Shown here: piece by piece, positions 40,247 to 53,641 of the stretch
Layout of the letters: each line of letters begins with the position of its first letter
How positions within the stretch are numbered: position 1 is the stretch's first letter
Assembly (NCBI GenBank): GCA_964016885.1
Contig: OZ024742.1
Location: 159,526,001 to 159,590,000 of the forward strand
From: Eledone cirrhosa
Lineage: Eukaryota
DNA: 64,000 bases
Direction of reading: 5' to 3'
Position numbers and translations under genes: made by a program
Notes under the pieces: generated by a model
The model's input: the letters and a program-made list of their open reading frames with translations, nothing else
What the model was told of the DNA's origin: nothing
The model's database searches: none

Positions 40247-40521
40247 TCTTTTTTGCAAAGTCTATACAAATCCATATTTCTACTCCGATTGACTTCAAAC
40301 TTGCATTTATATATTCCTTGCGGTCTAAAGATATTAACTGCAGCTTTTATTTTCAAATTTTCTGTTGTTAAAGGGGTGTTAGGCGCCGGTTATCCATCTC
40401 CGTAGCGCTCTTATAATTGTTTCTACGTTAGGCACAAGGCCAGCAATTACCCAGTGTATTACTGGTACTTTATTTTATCGACCCCGTAAGGATGAAAGGC
40501 AAAGTTAACCTCGGCGGGATT
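40003..40521. mobile_element. Two SINEs in opposite orientation (40003-40187 +, 40414-40521 -) bracketing a Helentron/DINE-like segment
   Basis: SINE cores. The middle has (TG)n, atttctactccgattgacttcaaacttg and a GC-rich end. Confidence 0.6.
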
Positions 40522-40925
40522 TCTGTCTGTATGCCTGGCTGTCTGCATTACGACATTCTGACGAACATTGATGACGTATTATGTTCGCTATTTTCCGTTC
40601 ATTGCCAGGGAACGTCTTCACGAATCAAAGTGTCGTATTTCTGTTTTCCTTCGGTTGCAACGTTTTTCGAAATATTTACTTCTGCATTCACAGATTGATG
40701 TTTTTAGTTTCAGAAGATCCCGTTAAGGGTAAAAGCAACGATTCTTTGCTTAAACTTTAATCTGTTATTTTAAGCTATATATGTATATATATAAAACTGA
40801 GGAAGGATGTATGTATGTATGTATGTATGTATGTATGTATGTATGTATGTATGTATGTATGTATGTATGTATGTATGTATGTATGTATATGTATGTACGT
40901 ATCTATGTATGTGTGTATGTGTGTA

Positions 40926-40957
<32 letters not shown>

Positions 40958-41004
40958 TGTGATGTGTGTGTGTGTGCGTGTGCGTATGTGTGTGTTTTTA
41001 TGGC

Positions 41005-41479
41005 CCAGGGCCCGCATTAGCTGAAAAACTGAGTTTTTCAGCTTTTTAGGGTTTTTTTGGTGCGTTACGTCAGACTGATTTCCTTGAAATTGTAACTATG
41101 TATTAGTCAGTCTCTTCTTCATACCGTGAGCAAAGAAAATCCAACTTTTTTATGGCATTTTTCCCAACTTTTTAATGGCATTTTTCAGCTTTTTAGGGCT
41201 TTTTTGAGGCGTTACGTCTAGCCAATTTTCCCGAAATTTCAAGGCATATTATGCACATAAAAAAATTCATTTTCTTGATCCCCTAGAGCCCGTATTAGGT
41301 GAAAACCTGCATTTTTCCTGCTTCATCGAGGAAAATCTTAAAGATTATCCAGCCATCAGAGTATTCGGTTTATTTTCTTTACATATTGTCCAGGCATGCA
41401 GTTTTTCCACGATTAGGTTTGTTGGCGGCCCGCGTTCCAAATAACCTTATCCCGTGCAACGCCGGGTACCACTGCTAGT
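41005..41479 (+). mobile_element. Non-autonomous Helitron-like element
   Basis: 3' hairpin CCCGTGCAACGCCGGG followed by taccactgCTAG|T. Internal direct subrepeats. Confidence 0.65.
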
Positions 41480-41512
41480 ATATATATATATATATATATG
41501 TGTGTGTTTGAG

Positions 41513-41582
<70 letters not shown>

Positions 41583-42133
41583 AGAGTATTGAAGTTTGCT
41601 TGAAGCATTGTGGAATAATAAGGAACATTTCTTTAAGTCGTTTGGAAGCCTCGAGAATGCAAATGGGTAAATCTCTGGGTAACAAGATCCGGTGGTGGAG
41701 AGAGAGATGTAAGTGGGTGTACGTTGAGATGCGTGGCGTGTATAAGACGTGTAGAGGAATGAAGGAAAGAGCGTAAAGGATAAAAATAAAAATAACAACA
41801 CGAGAGATTTAATTGTCCCTATATATTTCGGATTCACATCCATCAACTGGGGTTTTTTTCCGGAGTGGGGGAAAGGTTGTCTGTCGGAAAGGTACGAAAC
41901 GTGTCCTCCGCTGTTGGTTTTTTGAATATCTATCTAATATATATGTATATATATATATATTCATTTAGGTTTGTTGGTTCACCACTGGATAGAACTTTTC
42001 ATTCCGTATAGTCAACCTTGATGTAATATTAGGGAGAGCACTCGACGTAATGCAACTCACCTGTCTTTTGCTGTGGTGCGAGTACGGAGTTAATTATTAT
42101 AAAATAACAGGAGGCTGGACTGGTGTAATTCCT

Positions 42134-42206
<73 letters not shown>

Positions 42207-42499
42207 TATAAAGTATGTCCATAGAATCATTTGATAATATATATACACCATTTCCTTTCCCAATTAGCATAATCAACCACACAAAAAACCAATTAAACCA
42301 GGCTATAAGATTAAAAGGCACCTATGAAGAAATAGTAGATAAGTAAACGACAGCAATCTATTCGCGATCAACCGCTATAGAATATTTACCCAACATTTCA
42401 ATAGCACGTGGAAATCGATTAAATATACCGTCAACCATACAAAATTAGGTATAAAATTAAAGTTAGAAGAAAAAATGCATATACACATACCAGGATTAC

Positions 42500-42580
42500 G
42501 TTTCTACCCTTAGGGTTTCATTCGCTTTCGGAAATATCCTATCAAGGATAAATTCTCGAGCTTCGAACTCATCAGGAAAC
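42500..42580 (-). ncRNA. Type I hammerhead ribozyme motif
   Basis: guuuc CUGAUGA guucg...cgaau GAAA ccc-uaa-ggg UA gaaac. The element 42215-42598 ends at (TA)n. Confidence 0.85.
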
Positions 42581-42592
42581 AAACTCACTTGG

Positions 42593-42649
<57 letters not shown>

Positions 42650-42734
42650 GAAGGAGTTGTGGTAAGGAACCAGATGGACCATAACGCACCAGAGTACTCA
42701 ATACTTAGGGTAGTAGAGTGGGTAATAGTAGCAA

Positions 42735-42832
42735 GTATGACCCAGACGGCAGAGCTCAAGCCGTTTTGACGGCTATTTTAGTCCAGAAATAGCCGTAGAA
42801 ACGGCTTGAGCTCTGCCGTCGGGGTCATACTT
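42735..42832. repeat. Palindrome of HHR 3' halves inside a (TA)n-flanked insert
   Basis: GAAA cggc uugagcucu gccg UC gggg on +, mirrored on -. Confidence 0.7.
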
Positions 42833-42836
42833 TCTC

Positions 42837-42913
<77 letters not shown>

Positions 42914-43637
42914 CAAATATAAATTATCGAGAATCGTACTTCGGCCCACGAAATAACGAAAAACAACCTCCGAGATGTGTGGCAAGTGCTCAATGGTTCA
43001 GAAAAACCAGAGCTACAACATACGTTAAAGGCCAAACACACTGAGACGATGGTTAAACAATCATCCGCACAGCAAAAAAAAAACGATCAAGTAATTCGGG
43101 TCAAACAAATAAAAATATATGTGATTGAAAATTTACCCGGACCCCTGGAAGGTTGGTAAAATCCAGCATTTGGGTTTCTGCGACTCCTAAATCAAGTACT
43201 GTCCGCTTACATAAAAAATGTCAGGCTTCTGGTAAGATGATTGAACAAGGAAGCCACTTTTACAACAGGTTTTTGTTCAATGCTAATACAAGGACTGACT
43301 ATTACTGACCCCACGTGGGGATCGGCAAGGGAGGCAACCCCTATATTAGGCGAATGAATTCAGTTGTGTATATTATTGCAAGAATGCAAAAAATCACAAA
43401 TCGAATAGAGTTCTCAACAGAAGGGTTAAAATTAACATAAGCTATTCATCAGTCAATAGAATCAACTAAAAAATCAAGAAAATTAACTGGTCAATAGCTA
43501 GATTCTGGAGATTAATACAAATATAAATTATCGAGAATCGTACTTCGGCCCACGAAATAACGAAAAACAACCTCCGAGATGTGTGGCAAGTATCAATGAT
43601 ATTAATAAATGGAAACTATATTTATAAAACCATTTTT

Positions 43638-43801
43638 ATTTTATTATATATATTTAAAGAGTACCAAAAAACTTTGGTATGTTCTCATCAGATAAAATAC
43701 AAAATTCGTTTTATAAATAGTGACATACCCGCGAAAGCAGACCTTATCGGAACCTGAACCGATAAGGTCTGGTTTTTCGGGTATGTCACTATTTATAAAA
43801 C
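43638..43801 (-). ncRNA. Degenerate hammerhead (43638-43698, GAAA reads UAAA) plus an adjacent palindrome with about 43-bp arms (43708-43801)
   Basis: auuuuau CUGAUGA ...uaccaaa/uuuggua... uAAA uauaua UA auaaaau. Same stem I as the 32.5 kb and 54 kb motifs. Confidence 0.6.
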
Positions 43802-45417
43802 ATTGTCTTTTCCAGTCAAAGTGAGGTAAACTTTGTCTTGATTTCTGTACATTTAATATGAATTTGTGCCTATTTTCGTAGCCTATTCTGACTTCAGAAG
43901 CTTTTGTCACTAAATTGAAAGCATGCTTGACTCCATGGCTATAACAGAGAAGAGTTATTGCCATTAATGGTCCTGAACGAGCTTTAAGAAGATCAATATT
44001 TGTAAAGTTCCGTAAAACTGGAGGGGATGTTATAACTTCATTTTCCCAGTTAATCAAATCAACATAATCCTGTGCTTCAAAATTAATTTTGCTTGGTAGT
44101 TTGAAATTTCTTAATTCTTCACGGGGCTCGGGGAAAAGTTCTTGCTTTAATAATTCGCTGAATTGCTACTTCCCTAATTTGTCTTCCACCATTCAGCATA
44201 GTCAGTAAAATATTCTCCGGATGGGCAAAATACCAATTAGTTTTTAACGATTTCTCCATAACTTCTTTATGATCTTGCATTAGATATGCCACATACCAAA
44301 AATTACTTGCTCCTTCATGTAACTTTGGGCAGAACCAACTTGGAGCATAAACTTGCGTTATGATTTGGGATTTTTTTCGGAAACATATAAGCGAAGAATT
44401 CTCTTTACACGTGTTAACCACCTTGCATAATGGATTTTACCAGGTGAGCTTGCTGCTAAATGCTCAGAAACAAACCCTGTCTCAATACTGAGACACATTT
44501 CATACAGATATTTTTTATCTGAGCATAAAATATCCACAACTTGTAATGGCAATTCCTTCACTTTAGGTTTTACTGGAGAAAATTTGATAATCTTTAAGTT
44601 TGTTACATCTTCTTTAATTTTATTGCCATTTAAGCCTTTTGATGTTCGTAGTACTGTTGTTTTTCCATCTATGGATTCAAATACGTCTCGAAACGGAAGC
44701 TCATTTGTATGTAGCAGGCATATCAGCCACTGAAGTGGCTGGCTTATTTAAGTATAATTCAATTATTTTAATTACTCCTCCTAAATGACCCGTGTTTACT
44801 GGAGTGCCATCACATAATACAGCATTTAAACTTTCTTGACTGTCAGAATCAATTAAAAAAGTAATAATTTCTTCTGCAATGCAACGAGCTATTCCATTAT
44901 CTAGGGCAAAGGTTCTCAACCCATTTCGGCTCTTTTGTCCCTCGAAATCACGAAACTATTTTTTCATTTTTCAATATACTACTGATTTTGATATCAGTAG
45001 ATTACTGGGCTAAATCAAGTTATGTTAGAATCTTAAAAAAATACTCGCACGAATTAAATACAAAAAAGTTTCAGTCCAAAACAAAATATTTGATCTCAGT
45101 CGAAAAAAGTTTTTTTTAAAATTCTATATTTCACTGTTAGCTGTTGTAATATTTTGAGTGGCTAGACACTTCTACAATTCAAACTGTAAAGTCAAAATAC
45201 AAAAGATGCAAAATAAGAAGAATTTCTTACCTTTCTCTGAAATCACAAACTCAAGGGAAAAATAGTACCCTGCAAAATAAAATACCTCGTAGCAAAATAA
45301 AATACTTAGTAGCAACGAATGAATTGAGAAGCTTGGAGATAGTGAGAAAGCCCTTATATATATACATAGATAGATACACACACACACACACATAAACGCG
45401 CACGCACACACACACAC

Positions 45418-45478
<61 letters not shown>

Positions 45479-45864
45479 AACTTGTATGTGCCTTGGTTTT
45501 GGTACAGAAAGAATTTGTCTCCAGTTTTTATTGCCAGGTCAAAGGCCACTGCTCTTTTCAACAACGCCAAATAACAACGCCATATATATATATATATATA
45601 AGAGAGTATTGAAGTTTGCTTGAAGCATTGTGGAATAATAAGATATATTTTCTTTAGGTCGTTTTGGATATTCAAAACAACGAACAGCGGAGGACAAGTT
45701 TCGCACCTTTCCGACAGATAACCCCCCCCCCTCTCGGAAAACCCTCCAGTTGATGGATGTGAATCCGAAATATATAGGGACAATTAAATCTCTCCCAAGG
45801 TAACTCTATCTCGTGTTATTATTTTTATTTTTTACGCTCTTTCCTACGTTCTTCTACACACGAG

Positions 45865-47610
45865 TTCACGGCCAAGGTGTTTGCACTCACCCAGAAGTGG
45901 GCAGAGTGCAAACTGTCCTTGAAAGGTCGAGCAGAGGTGGCGAACACTTTCATAGCGTCCGTCATCTACTACCGCTTGACTGTCGTGCCTTGTCCCCGTG
46001 AACACCTCGCCAAGATGGAACGCATGCTCTTCCAGTTTCTGTGGAAGAAGCAGGCTCCGCTGGTGAGGAGATCCGTCTGCTGTCAGCATCCTTCCAACAG
46101 AGGGCTGGGAATGCCGTGACTGATGATGCGCAAACATGCGCTGAAGCTGCGGCATCTCCAGGCATTCCTCACCGACCCCCAACCGGTGTGGGCACCGTTT
46201 GTGAGACAGGCTTTCCCACAGCTCGTCTAGCTGACGGAGCTGCAGTCCTGGGTCAAGAAAAGACCGAAAACGATGGGCGCCTGGCACATTGAATGCGCTC
46301 AGGCGCTCACAGTCCTCTGGCAAGCGGGCGCAGCAATCAGTGGAGACTCCACTTCGACATTCTATAGAGGGATTGTACGTTACAAGGGCGACGACGTGCT
46401 CGGAGAGACTCTGGGCGTCGAAGACGATGAGCTCACCAGTCTATTTGGTAGGACTTTCCGCCCGGGACCTATGGACAACTTCCAGAGGTCCCTGGCCTGG
46501 CAGTGCTACCGACGAGCTCTACCGGTTCGTGACAAGATCTACAGGCACAGACGCCCCGGCAGGGATCCTTCCAAGAAGACGTGTCCAAGATTCGCGCAGG
46601 ACATTGAAACAGTCCTGCACGCAATTGTACACTGCCCGGGCGTAACTGACCGATGGAACTATGCAGAACAACTGCTGTCGCGTATGGGACAAATCCAGTT
46701 GACTGCCGAGTCCATAGTAAGGATAAAACCGCCAGCCTCTTTCAAAAACGAAAGAGAGGCGGTTTTCCTCTGTACGGTGGCTATGGTGAAAGAAATTATA
46801 TGGTGGACGAGATTGAGAGGACTGAGGACAGATGCCTTTCTCTCCGGACAACAATTGATTCCATTCTTTAAGTATCACTTTAGAAGGAGAATCAGGGTGG
46901 AGAGAGAGGCACTGCACCCCAGTAAATTTACTGAAAGGTGGGTGAATGAAGCAAAAATGGCCCGAGTGATTGGGCCTTCTCTGTTTATAAGCCTGTAGGT
47001 TGAGGAAGAGAGCAAAAGGAAGAAAGGAGCACTTGCACAACACGCTCCTTTCGACGGGGTATTAAACAACCCATTTGTGGCACCTCCTTCCTATTGGGGA
47101 TTTCGATTGTTGTAATTGTTTGTTTTTATATTTTTTACATGACTGTATGTAAAATCCCCGGCATGTCTTTGTATTGTCCCCTTTTCTTGTGCGCCCTTGT
47201 GGCTAATAAAGAAATATATCTATATATCTATCTTTTTTTCAAATACCACTTTGGAAGAAGAATCAGGATGGAGAGAGAGGTGCTGTACCCCAGCAAATTT
47301 TATGAACGGTGGGTGAAAGTGGCGAGAATGGCCCGAGTGAATGGGCCTTCTCTCTATATCAGCCTGTAGTTTGAGGTAAAAGAGGAGGAGAGGAAGGGAG
47401 TACAAACTCTTCGTACTCCTGGAGTTGGGGGTTGCACATTTTTTCGGGGATATGTGTTACCCATATGAACTGTCTCCCCCTATTGGGGAAAATCGACTAA
47501 TTTTTAAATTGCATTTGTGATATTTTACACGTTTTTATTGTATGTAAACTTCCCCCTTTGTATTTGTCCCCTTCTTTTGTGCCCCTGTGGCTAATAAAGA
47601 AATATATATT
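45865..47610 (+). mobile_element. L1/Tx1 3' part (zf-RVT) plus a second shorter 3' end in tandem (about 47237-47610)
   Basis: LSLKGRAEVAN, ALPVRD, CPR...ETVLHAIVHCP. Two cccttgtggctaataaagaaatatat-type ends. Confidence 0.85.
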
Positions 47611-47710
47611 TCTATATATCTAACTATTTCCAATAGGGGGCTCAAATATGGTAGACCAGACTGAAAACAGAAAAAAAAAATATATATGTGTGTGTATGTG
47701 TGTGTGTGTG

Positions 47711-47768
<58 letters not shown>

Positions 47769-48286
47769 ATATGGGTGAGAAGAATACTGCTGGTTGCACA
47801 TGGATAACATGTTATAAAATGAGTCCCTCATCAGTGATTTACCAAACGATCATGGGTATTTCATCGCATTAAAAATCATATACCTCACGTTGGAGCGATA
47901 ATAACTAAAATAAGTTATTAGGACAATAGAAACGCGTAAAGCGAGTGAGACAAGTAAACAACAGAGGGGGAAGCTAACCGAAGATGGAAATAAACACAAG
48001 CAACATAGTTATTCTTTCAGCATAAGCTGTGTGAATATATGAGCGAGTCAGAAACAGACCTTTCGCTAGTGAATCCGGTGTTAGAAAGAATGAAAACCGT
48101 TTTCCCAGCGAACGGGAGGAAGAAAGAAGGGGAGAAACAGGGACTGAGTGAGTGGGAGTGCGAGGAAGAGGTCAGTAGAGAGAAAGAGTTAACTGACATG
48201 GCAGAGGGGACGAAAGAAAGTAAGAGAAACAGAGAGAACGAGGGAGTAGTAAGAGAGAAAGAGAGAAATATATATATATATATTAT

Positions 48287-48372
<86 letters not shown>

Positions 48373-48376
<4 letters not shown>

Positions 48377-48586
48377 TTACACACTTAAATATAAATGCAT
48401 GTATATATACAAATGTATAAATGCATAGCTATATACATACGTAAATGTATGTATGTATATATGTATGTAGATTTATATATATATAAATCTACATACATAC
48501 ATATATACATACATTTACGTATGTATATAGCTATGCATTTATACATTTGTATATATACATGCATTTATATTTAAGTGTGTAAGGAT
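48373..48586. repeat. Near-perfect AT-rich palindrome (about 105-bp arms)
   Basis: atccttacacacttaaatataaatgcatg... is mirrored by ...catgcatttatatttaagtgtgtaaggat. The centre is TA repeats. Confidence 0.85.
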
Positions 48587-50209
48587 GTTGACATGATTAT
48601 TTATGGGGTTTCTTTTGAGGTACGGAGAAAATTCTGTCTCCAGATTGTATTACCTAGGGAGATTAAATACCACACCTCTGGCTGAAAGCTGACCAGGTTC
48701 TCAACCTCATCAATAACTAACGCAGGCCTGTGTGTGTATATGTGTATGTATGTATGTATGTATGTATGTATGTATGTATGTATGTATGTACGTATGCATG
48801 TGTGTGTATGTTCGTATGTATGAATATGTATACACCCCCCACCTTTCATCACCATTACTTCTTTTTGTTGTCATTTCTGTTGAAGTTGTTCTTGTAACTT
48901 GTCAAAGTTGACGTTCTTATGTTCATTTTCTTTGATTTCTTTTGTTTTCCCTAGGGAATTCGTTGATTTTATCTCCCTAGGGAATTCGTTGACAAGCTTC
49001 TTTCATTTATTTTCTTTGTTTTCTTCATTCAAATGCATTCACACTGGCTGTCTAAGAGACGTACAAATATGACTTATAAAACTTACCAAACTAAAAGGGC
49101 TTCCAGCGCCCCCCTAACGCCTCCTTGCTGCAAAATGCCCCCCGTTGAGAACCTTTGATCTAGGGAAATCTAAATACTCATCCCCGGGCTCTTTCACAAT
49201 AACATAGTGCTCTTCACTTTCCATCCCTCTTGTTGTTTTAGTTTTATCCTTTCTGCCATCAAAACCGATGCAGTCGAGCTTTGTATTTTCTGTTTTCATT
49301 TTTATAATATTGTTTTTTCCAACTCTATTTCTTTCTCTTTCAACTTTCTTTCTTACCTACCATATTTGTATCATTTAAAATTCCCATATCTCTCAAAGCT
49401 GCATTAACAATGGCAGCAGCAGTTCTGCAACTTACTCTGTCTGCTGTCATGGCTAGATTATCATAAGTAAATCTGTTTTGTTGGTTTTCTCTCAGTTCAT
49501 TGTCAGGAACAAAGTCGATGTCATCGTCATCATTGTCACATAAGTCACAACTATCTACATTAATATCACTTGGGCACTGATAACTAGTTGAAGCAACATC
49601 CATGTTTAAGCGCATCTTTGCCTTCCTGATTTCAAATCTTTGCGCTCTTTCTGCAGTTCTTTTTCTACCTAAAGTTATTTTTCTGTCTACAGGCCCTAAC
49701 TGATTAAATCTTTTTTTCTGTCCAACAAATGATTCCCATTCCATTATTGGTATCACCTACAGTCAGATCTTTTTATTTGTTTGTTATAACACGTGCAGGT
49801 GCATATATCAAACATTTCATTGAACTCCACTAATTTCTTATCAAAACTATCCCTCTTTGCTTGATAGGTATTTTGTTTAATTTATAAGCAGATTCAATCA
49901 ATCTCTCAATTTTTAGAACTATTCCCTCAAACCCAATACAAGGAAAAGAAAATTTGTCCCATATTGTTTGCACATCTGCAGCAACAATCCAGTAGCATTC
50001 TTTCGCTGTGGGTAAAGCTTTTAATATCTGTTCTTCACGTATTTTTTATGTATAAATAATACATCAGCTTTTGATGGAGTCATTGCCGTAGGAAATTCTG
50101 CAGGAAATCCAAATGCTGAATTACGGCTTTTACTTCTAGTTGCCATTACATAATTTTATATACTTAAATTATTACAGTTTAAATTTATGTAGGTATTTTT
50201 GTAAAATTA

Positions 50210-50386
50210 TAATTGTTTCTACTTTTGGCACAAGGCCAGCAATTGCCCAGTTCATTACTGGTACTTTATTTTATCGACCCCGTAAGGATGAAAAGCAAAG
50301 TTAACCTCGGCGGGATTTGAACTCAGAATGGAAAGAGGCGTAACTCTATGCGTCAAAACATGGCGTCCGACCCTCTACCGATACTG
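50210..50386 (-). mobile_element. tRNA-SINE nested in the hATm-like element
   Basis: Family core in reverse complement. Confidence 0.85.
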
Positions 50387-50837
50387 AATACAATTTAGCT
50401 CTGAAATAATTTGATAAACAAAAGAAAATCATTTAACAAATGTATACATTTTCTAAAAAAAAAAAAATTCATTTAACACTTATTGAAAAGTTGTAATTTT
50501 ACCATGTTGGAGGGGTACCTACCTACCAATTGTCTTATATCTCAATGTTTCTGCCATCTTTACTCATCAGATTTTTTAAACAAGGTTTCTACAGTGAAAT
50601 ATGATAAAATGTTTCATATCCATAAGCAAATTCGTATATATATGCTAGAGATTATATGATTAATATAGAAAAGTAGGGTATTTAATTGTGGGAGGTGTAT
50701 GTGATGGGTACAGGGCTCACATAACCCTAATTTTCATATATTTTATCTAAAATACTATTTGAAACTGTGCATACGGTGGAATTGAGGTTCCTTAAAAATG
50801 GTTGTGTTTTGACCCTCACCCCCTAATATATATATGC

Positions 50838-51105
50838 AGTGAAGGCGCATGGCTTAGTGGTTAGAGCATTGGGCTTGTAATCGAAAGGTGGTGAGTTCAA
50901 TTCTCGGACCGGGTGATGTGTTGTTTCCTTGAGCAAGACACTTTATTTCACACTTGCTCCAGTTTACTCAGCTGTAGAAATGAGTACCGGCCTGCCCACC
51001 CAGCCAGTGGGATGGAGTTATCTTATGGCTAAAACAGCACGACGTGCTGTGACCAGCGGCGCCAATTGGCGCCCGACAGACTGGTCGGTCAAGGTGATCA
51101 AGGTG
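50838..51105 (+). mobile_element. Second tRNA-SINE family (related copies near 60655-60985 + and 23420-23740 -)
   Basis: A box TGGCTTAGTGG, B box GAGTTCAATTC, core CCTTGAGCAAGACACTT. Confidence 0.75.
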
Positions 51106-51174
<69 letters not shown>

Positions 51175-51639
51175 TACACACATATATATATATATTCTGT
51201 CGTCAGGTACGAAAATTTGTAAAAAAAACAGTTGACCATATGCCCCACTACAAATTTCGTACTTGATGACCCAATATATACATATATACATACATACATT
51301 CATACATATATATAAGTGTGTGTGTGTGTGTGTGTGTGGGGGGGGTTATTAATAAATGAGCATTCATCGAACTATAATAATAGATATCACGTGCATCAAT
51401 GCTGAAAATGACAAGTAAAGAGAATAGAAAAGAAATTATAGATAAGAAGAAAGAAGTTTCTGAAACTGAAGAGAAGTAACAAGTTCAAACAAGAAATGTT
51501 CAAATATTCAGTTAGAAGTTGAGATATAAGCTAATCAATGAATCTAAAGACGCAGTCAAGATGCCTTTACAATATTCCACTCCCTGTTGCTGAATGTTCA
51601 ATATAAATTATCTTAGCTGATAATTATTGCTGATTTATT

Positions 51640-52922
51640 GATATTGAACATCTCTGTAATACAGATTAATTAAGTAAGAAAAAGGGGAAACAAAAGGAAA
51701 GAAAGAATAGGGAAATATAGAAAAAAAAGAGAGAAGAAAAAGAACGGGAAGGGGAGGGTATGGCAAGAGCTCTAGTGTCGCAGAAGAGAGGGGAGGGGTG
51801 AAGGGGGTAGGTGATTGGGCTTTGGGCCTAAGGCAAGAGAGCAGAAGTGCTACGCCCCACTGACAAGACGGCAAAAGCACTCCCGTGGACGATGGCCAGT
51901 GACACCCGCTGCAACAGCCACTCAACCTCACTATCTTGCGGAGGAGCTCGGCAGTACAGGATCCAAGTACGCTAGAGGTTTCGACGGCGACCAGTGCGAA
52001 GAGGTAACGGTCGAACAAATACCGGCATTTATTTATTTTATGTTCTTCTGCGAGGCGAGCTGCGATGCCGGGGTTTGTGGTCGAAGCGACTAAGCTGGAT
52101 GCGGAGAACATGTCGAAGCAGGTGGCGTTCCAGATGAGAGATCTACGTCCTTCGAATGGGAAGAGGGTGATTCCGTCGGGGCGCTTGCCATCCCCGCGTT
52201 CTAGGCCTATTTGTTCCAGTTGAGATGGAAAGCCAGCTGCGTCCAGGCTTCTTCTCAATATGTCATTGAGAGCGGCGTGTCGGCGGAACCGACCTGCTGG
52301 CGGCACGACAGAGAGTGCAGGCCGAACTTGTCATTCGTCTTTATTCTAAATCAATAGGCTATGTAGCCGGTAAACACTAAAGGGACGCAACACACATGGC
52401 TATCGCGTTTCACCAGCCCCTTCCTTCTCTTGTCTGTATCCGTTTATGTATTTACGTATAGATGTGTGTGTATGTAACTAAAGCGTATCGTACGTTACAG
52501 GATAAACATTTTACACGCTCAAATAGCCAAGATTTCAAGGTTGAGAATGTTTTATAGAGTGTCATTTTATTTATGGAATATATCATGTAAACAGTATAAT
52601 AGGAAAAGAAAAAAGGAAAGTTTAAATGGAGAAGAATGGAATGTAAAATAGGGAAATATAAAGAAAAAAGATAAAAAGAAAAAGAACCGGAAAAAGAGGG
52701 AATGGCAAGGACATTAGTGTCACAGAAGAATTGGGACGGGGTGGAAGAGGATGATTGGGCTTCAAGCCTAAGGTGCAGTGGTAAAGGGTCTGCGCCCCGA
52801 GGACAAGACCGCAAAAGCATTCTCGCGGTCAATAATCCGCGACACCCGCTGCAATAGCCACCCACCTCGCGGGATTCCTTCTTCAAACGAGCCGCCGACC
52901 TTCCGATCTTGCGGAGGAGCTC
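51640..52922 (-). mobile_element. Two CRE-clade 3' fragments (51640-52330 and 52560-52922)
   Basis: RHAALNDILRRSLDAAGFPSQLE...KRPDG, matching 19850-20300. Confidence 0.8.
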
Positions 52923-53465
52923 TTACTTAATAACCCTTTCGTTACCAAATTTCTAATCGTAGCTGTAAAGGTTTTAATTATGATCGAAATCGTCACAAAC
53001 TTGTCTTGCCAGAAAGTTTACCTCTTTACTATACTCCTTAGTAAGGTTGACGTTTTCGATACGATATTTCTAATAAATACCCTGAATATAATTTTAAAAT
53101 AATTTTGATAATAATCAAGAATTTGAAGGGATTTAGTACTATAGCTTTCTCATTATTATGTCAGTGTTTTAGGCATAACTTAATAAAGGGTCTTACATAA
53201 AATTATGATGGAAGATTTTTAGGTAACGAGATAAACGTTAAAACAAAAGGTTTTGTATCATAACACGTGCAGTTTCGAGATGGTTAGTGGAAAGATAGTT
53301 ACAAAAGCAAGAACAAACAAAACACTTAATTTGGTAATTATATTAATTGATTAATTGATACAAGGTTTTATTTTATTGATCAAGTCTCCGAGCTAGAAGA
53401 AACTGTAAAGTGATTACTTGTTTAGACTAACATTTTAAATAATCGATGATATTCTTTCAATATCT

Positions 53466-53551
<86 letters not shown>

Positions 53552-53641
53552 TTGTTAAACAATATTTAATGATTATGTCAAAGAATTAATTTTACAGTAG
53601 ATTGGAAACACTAAACGGATAAAATAATTTTCTGGAGTTAT

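Larger units (their letters stand above)
44907..49157. mobile_element. Charlie/Buster-like hAT with 14-bp TIRs and 8-bp TSD
   Basis: TIR caaaggttctcaac (44907-44920) / gttgagaacctttg (49144-49157). TSD atctaggg at 44899-44906 and 49158-49165. Confidence 0.85.
43802..50825 (-). mobile_element. hATm-like DNA transposon, decayed transposase split by a nested hAT
   Basis: FDGRKDKT...EEHYVIVKEPG (49.2 kb) continues with CDGTPVNTG, PGKIHYARWLT..RILRLYV and YFAHPENILL (44 kb). A TAGGGG end lies at 50825 next to TA. The family name is from memory of motifs. Confidence 0.7.

Noticed and set aside
40547-40637. CUGACGA with a 9-bp enclosing stem as an HHR
   Set aside because: No GAAA/stem III/UH; the core bases simply extend a hairpin.
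43135-43230. GAAA-stem III-UC on the minus strand
   Set aside because: No matching core or stem I.
45229-45268. Micro-exon with a GTAAGA donor
   Set aside because: Lies inside the hAT element and has no supporting context.
45745-45782. HHR-like gga-tgtgaa-tcc GAAA tata TA (also near 41815-41850)
   Set aside because: Core reads CAGUUGA in both copies; not supportable.
47820-47900. CUGAUGA and GAAA on the minus strand
   Set aside because: Order and stems do not close any HHR topology.
50845-50915. tRNA gene
   Set aside because: A/B boxes continue into a SINE core and there is no complete cloverleaf.
51199-51270. Short palindrome containing (C/T)TGA(C/T)GA
   Set aside because: No GAAA downstream of the cores; recorded only as a small inverted repeat.
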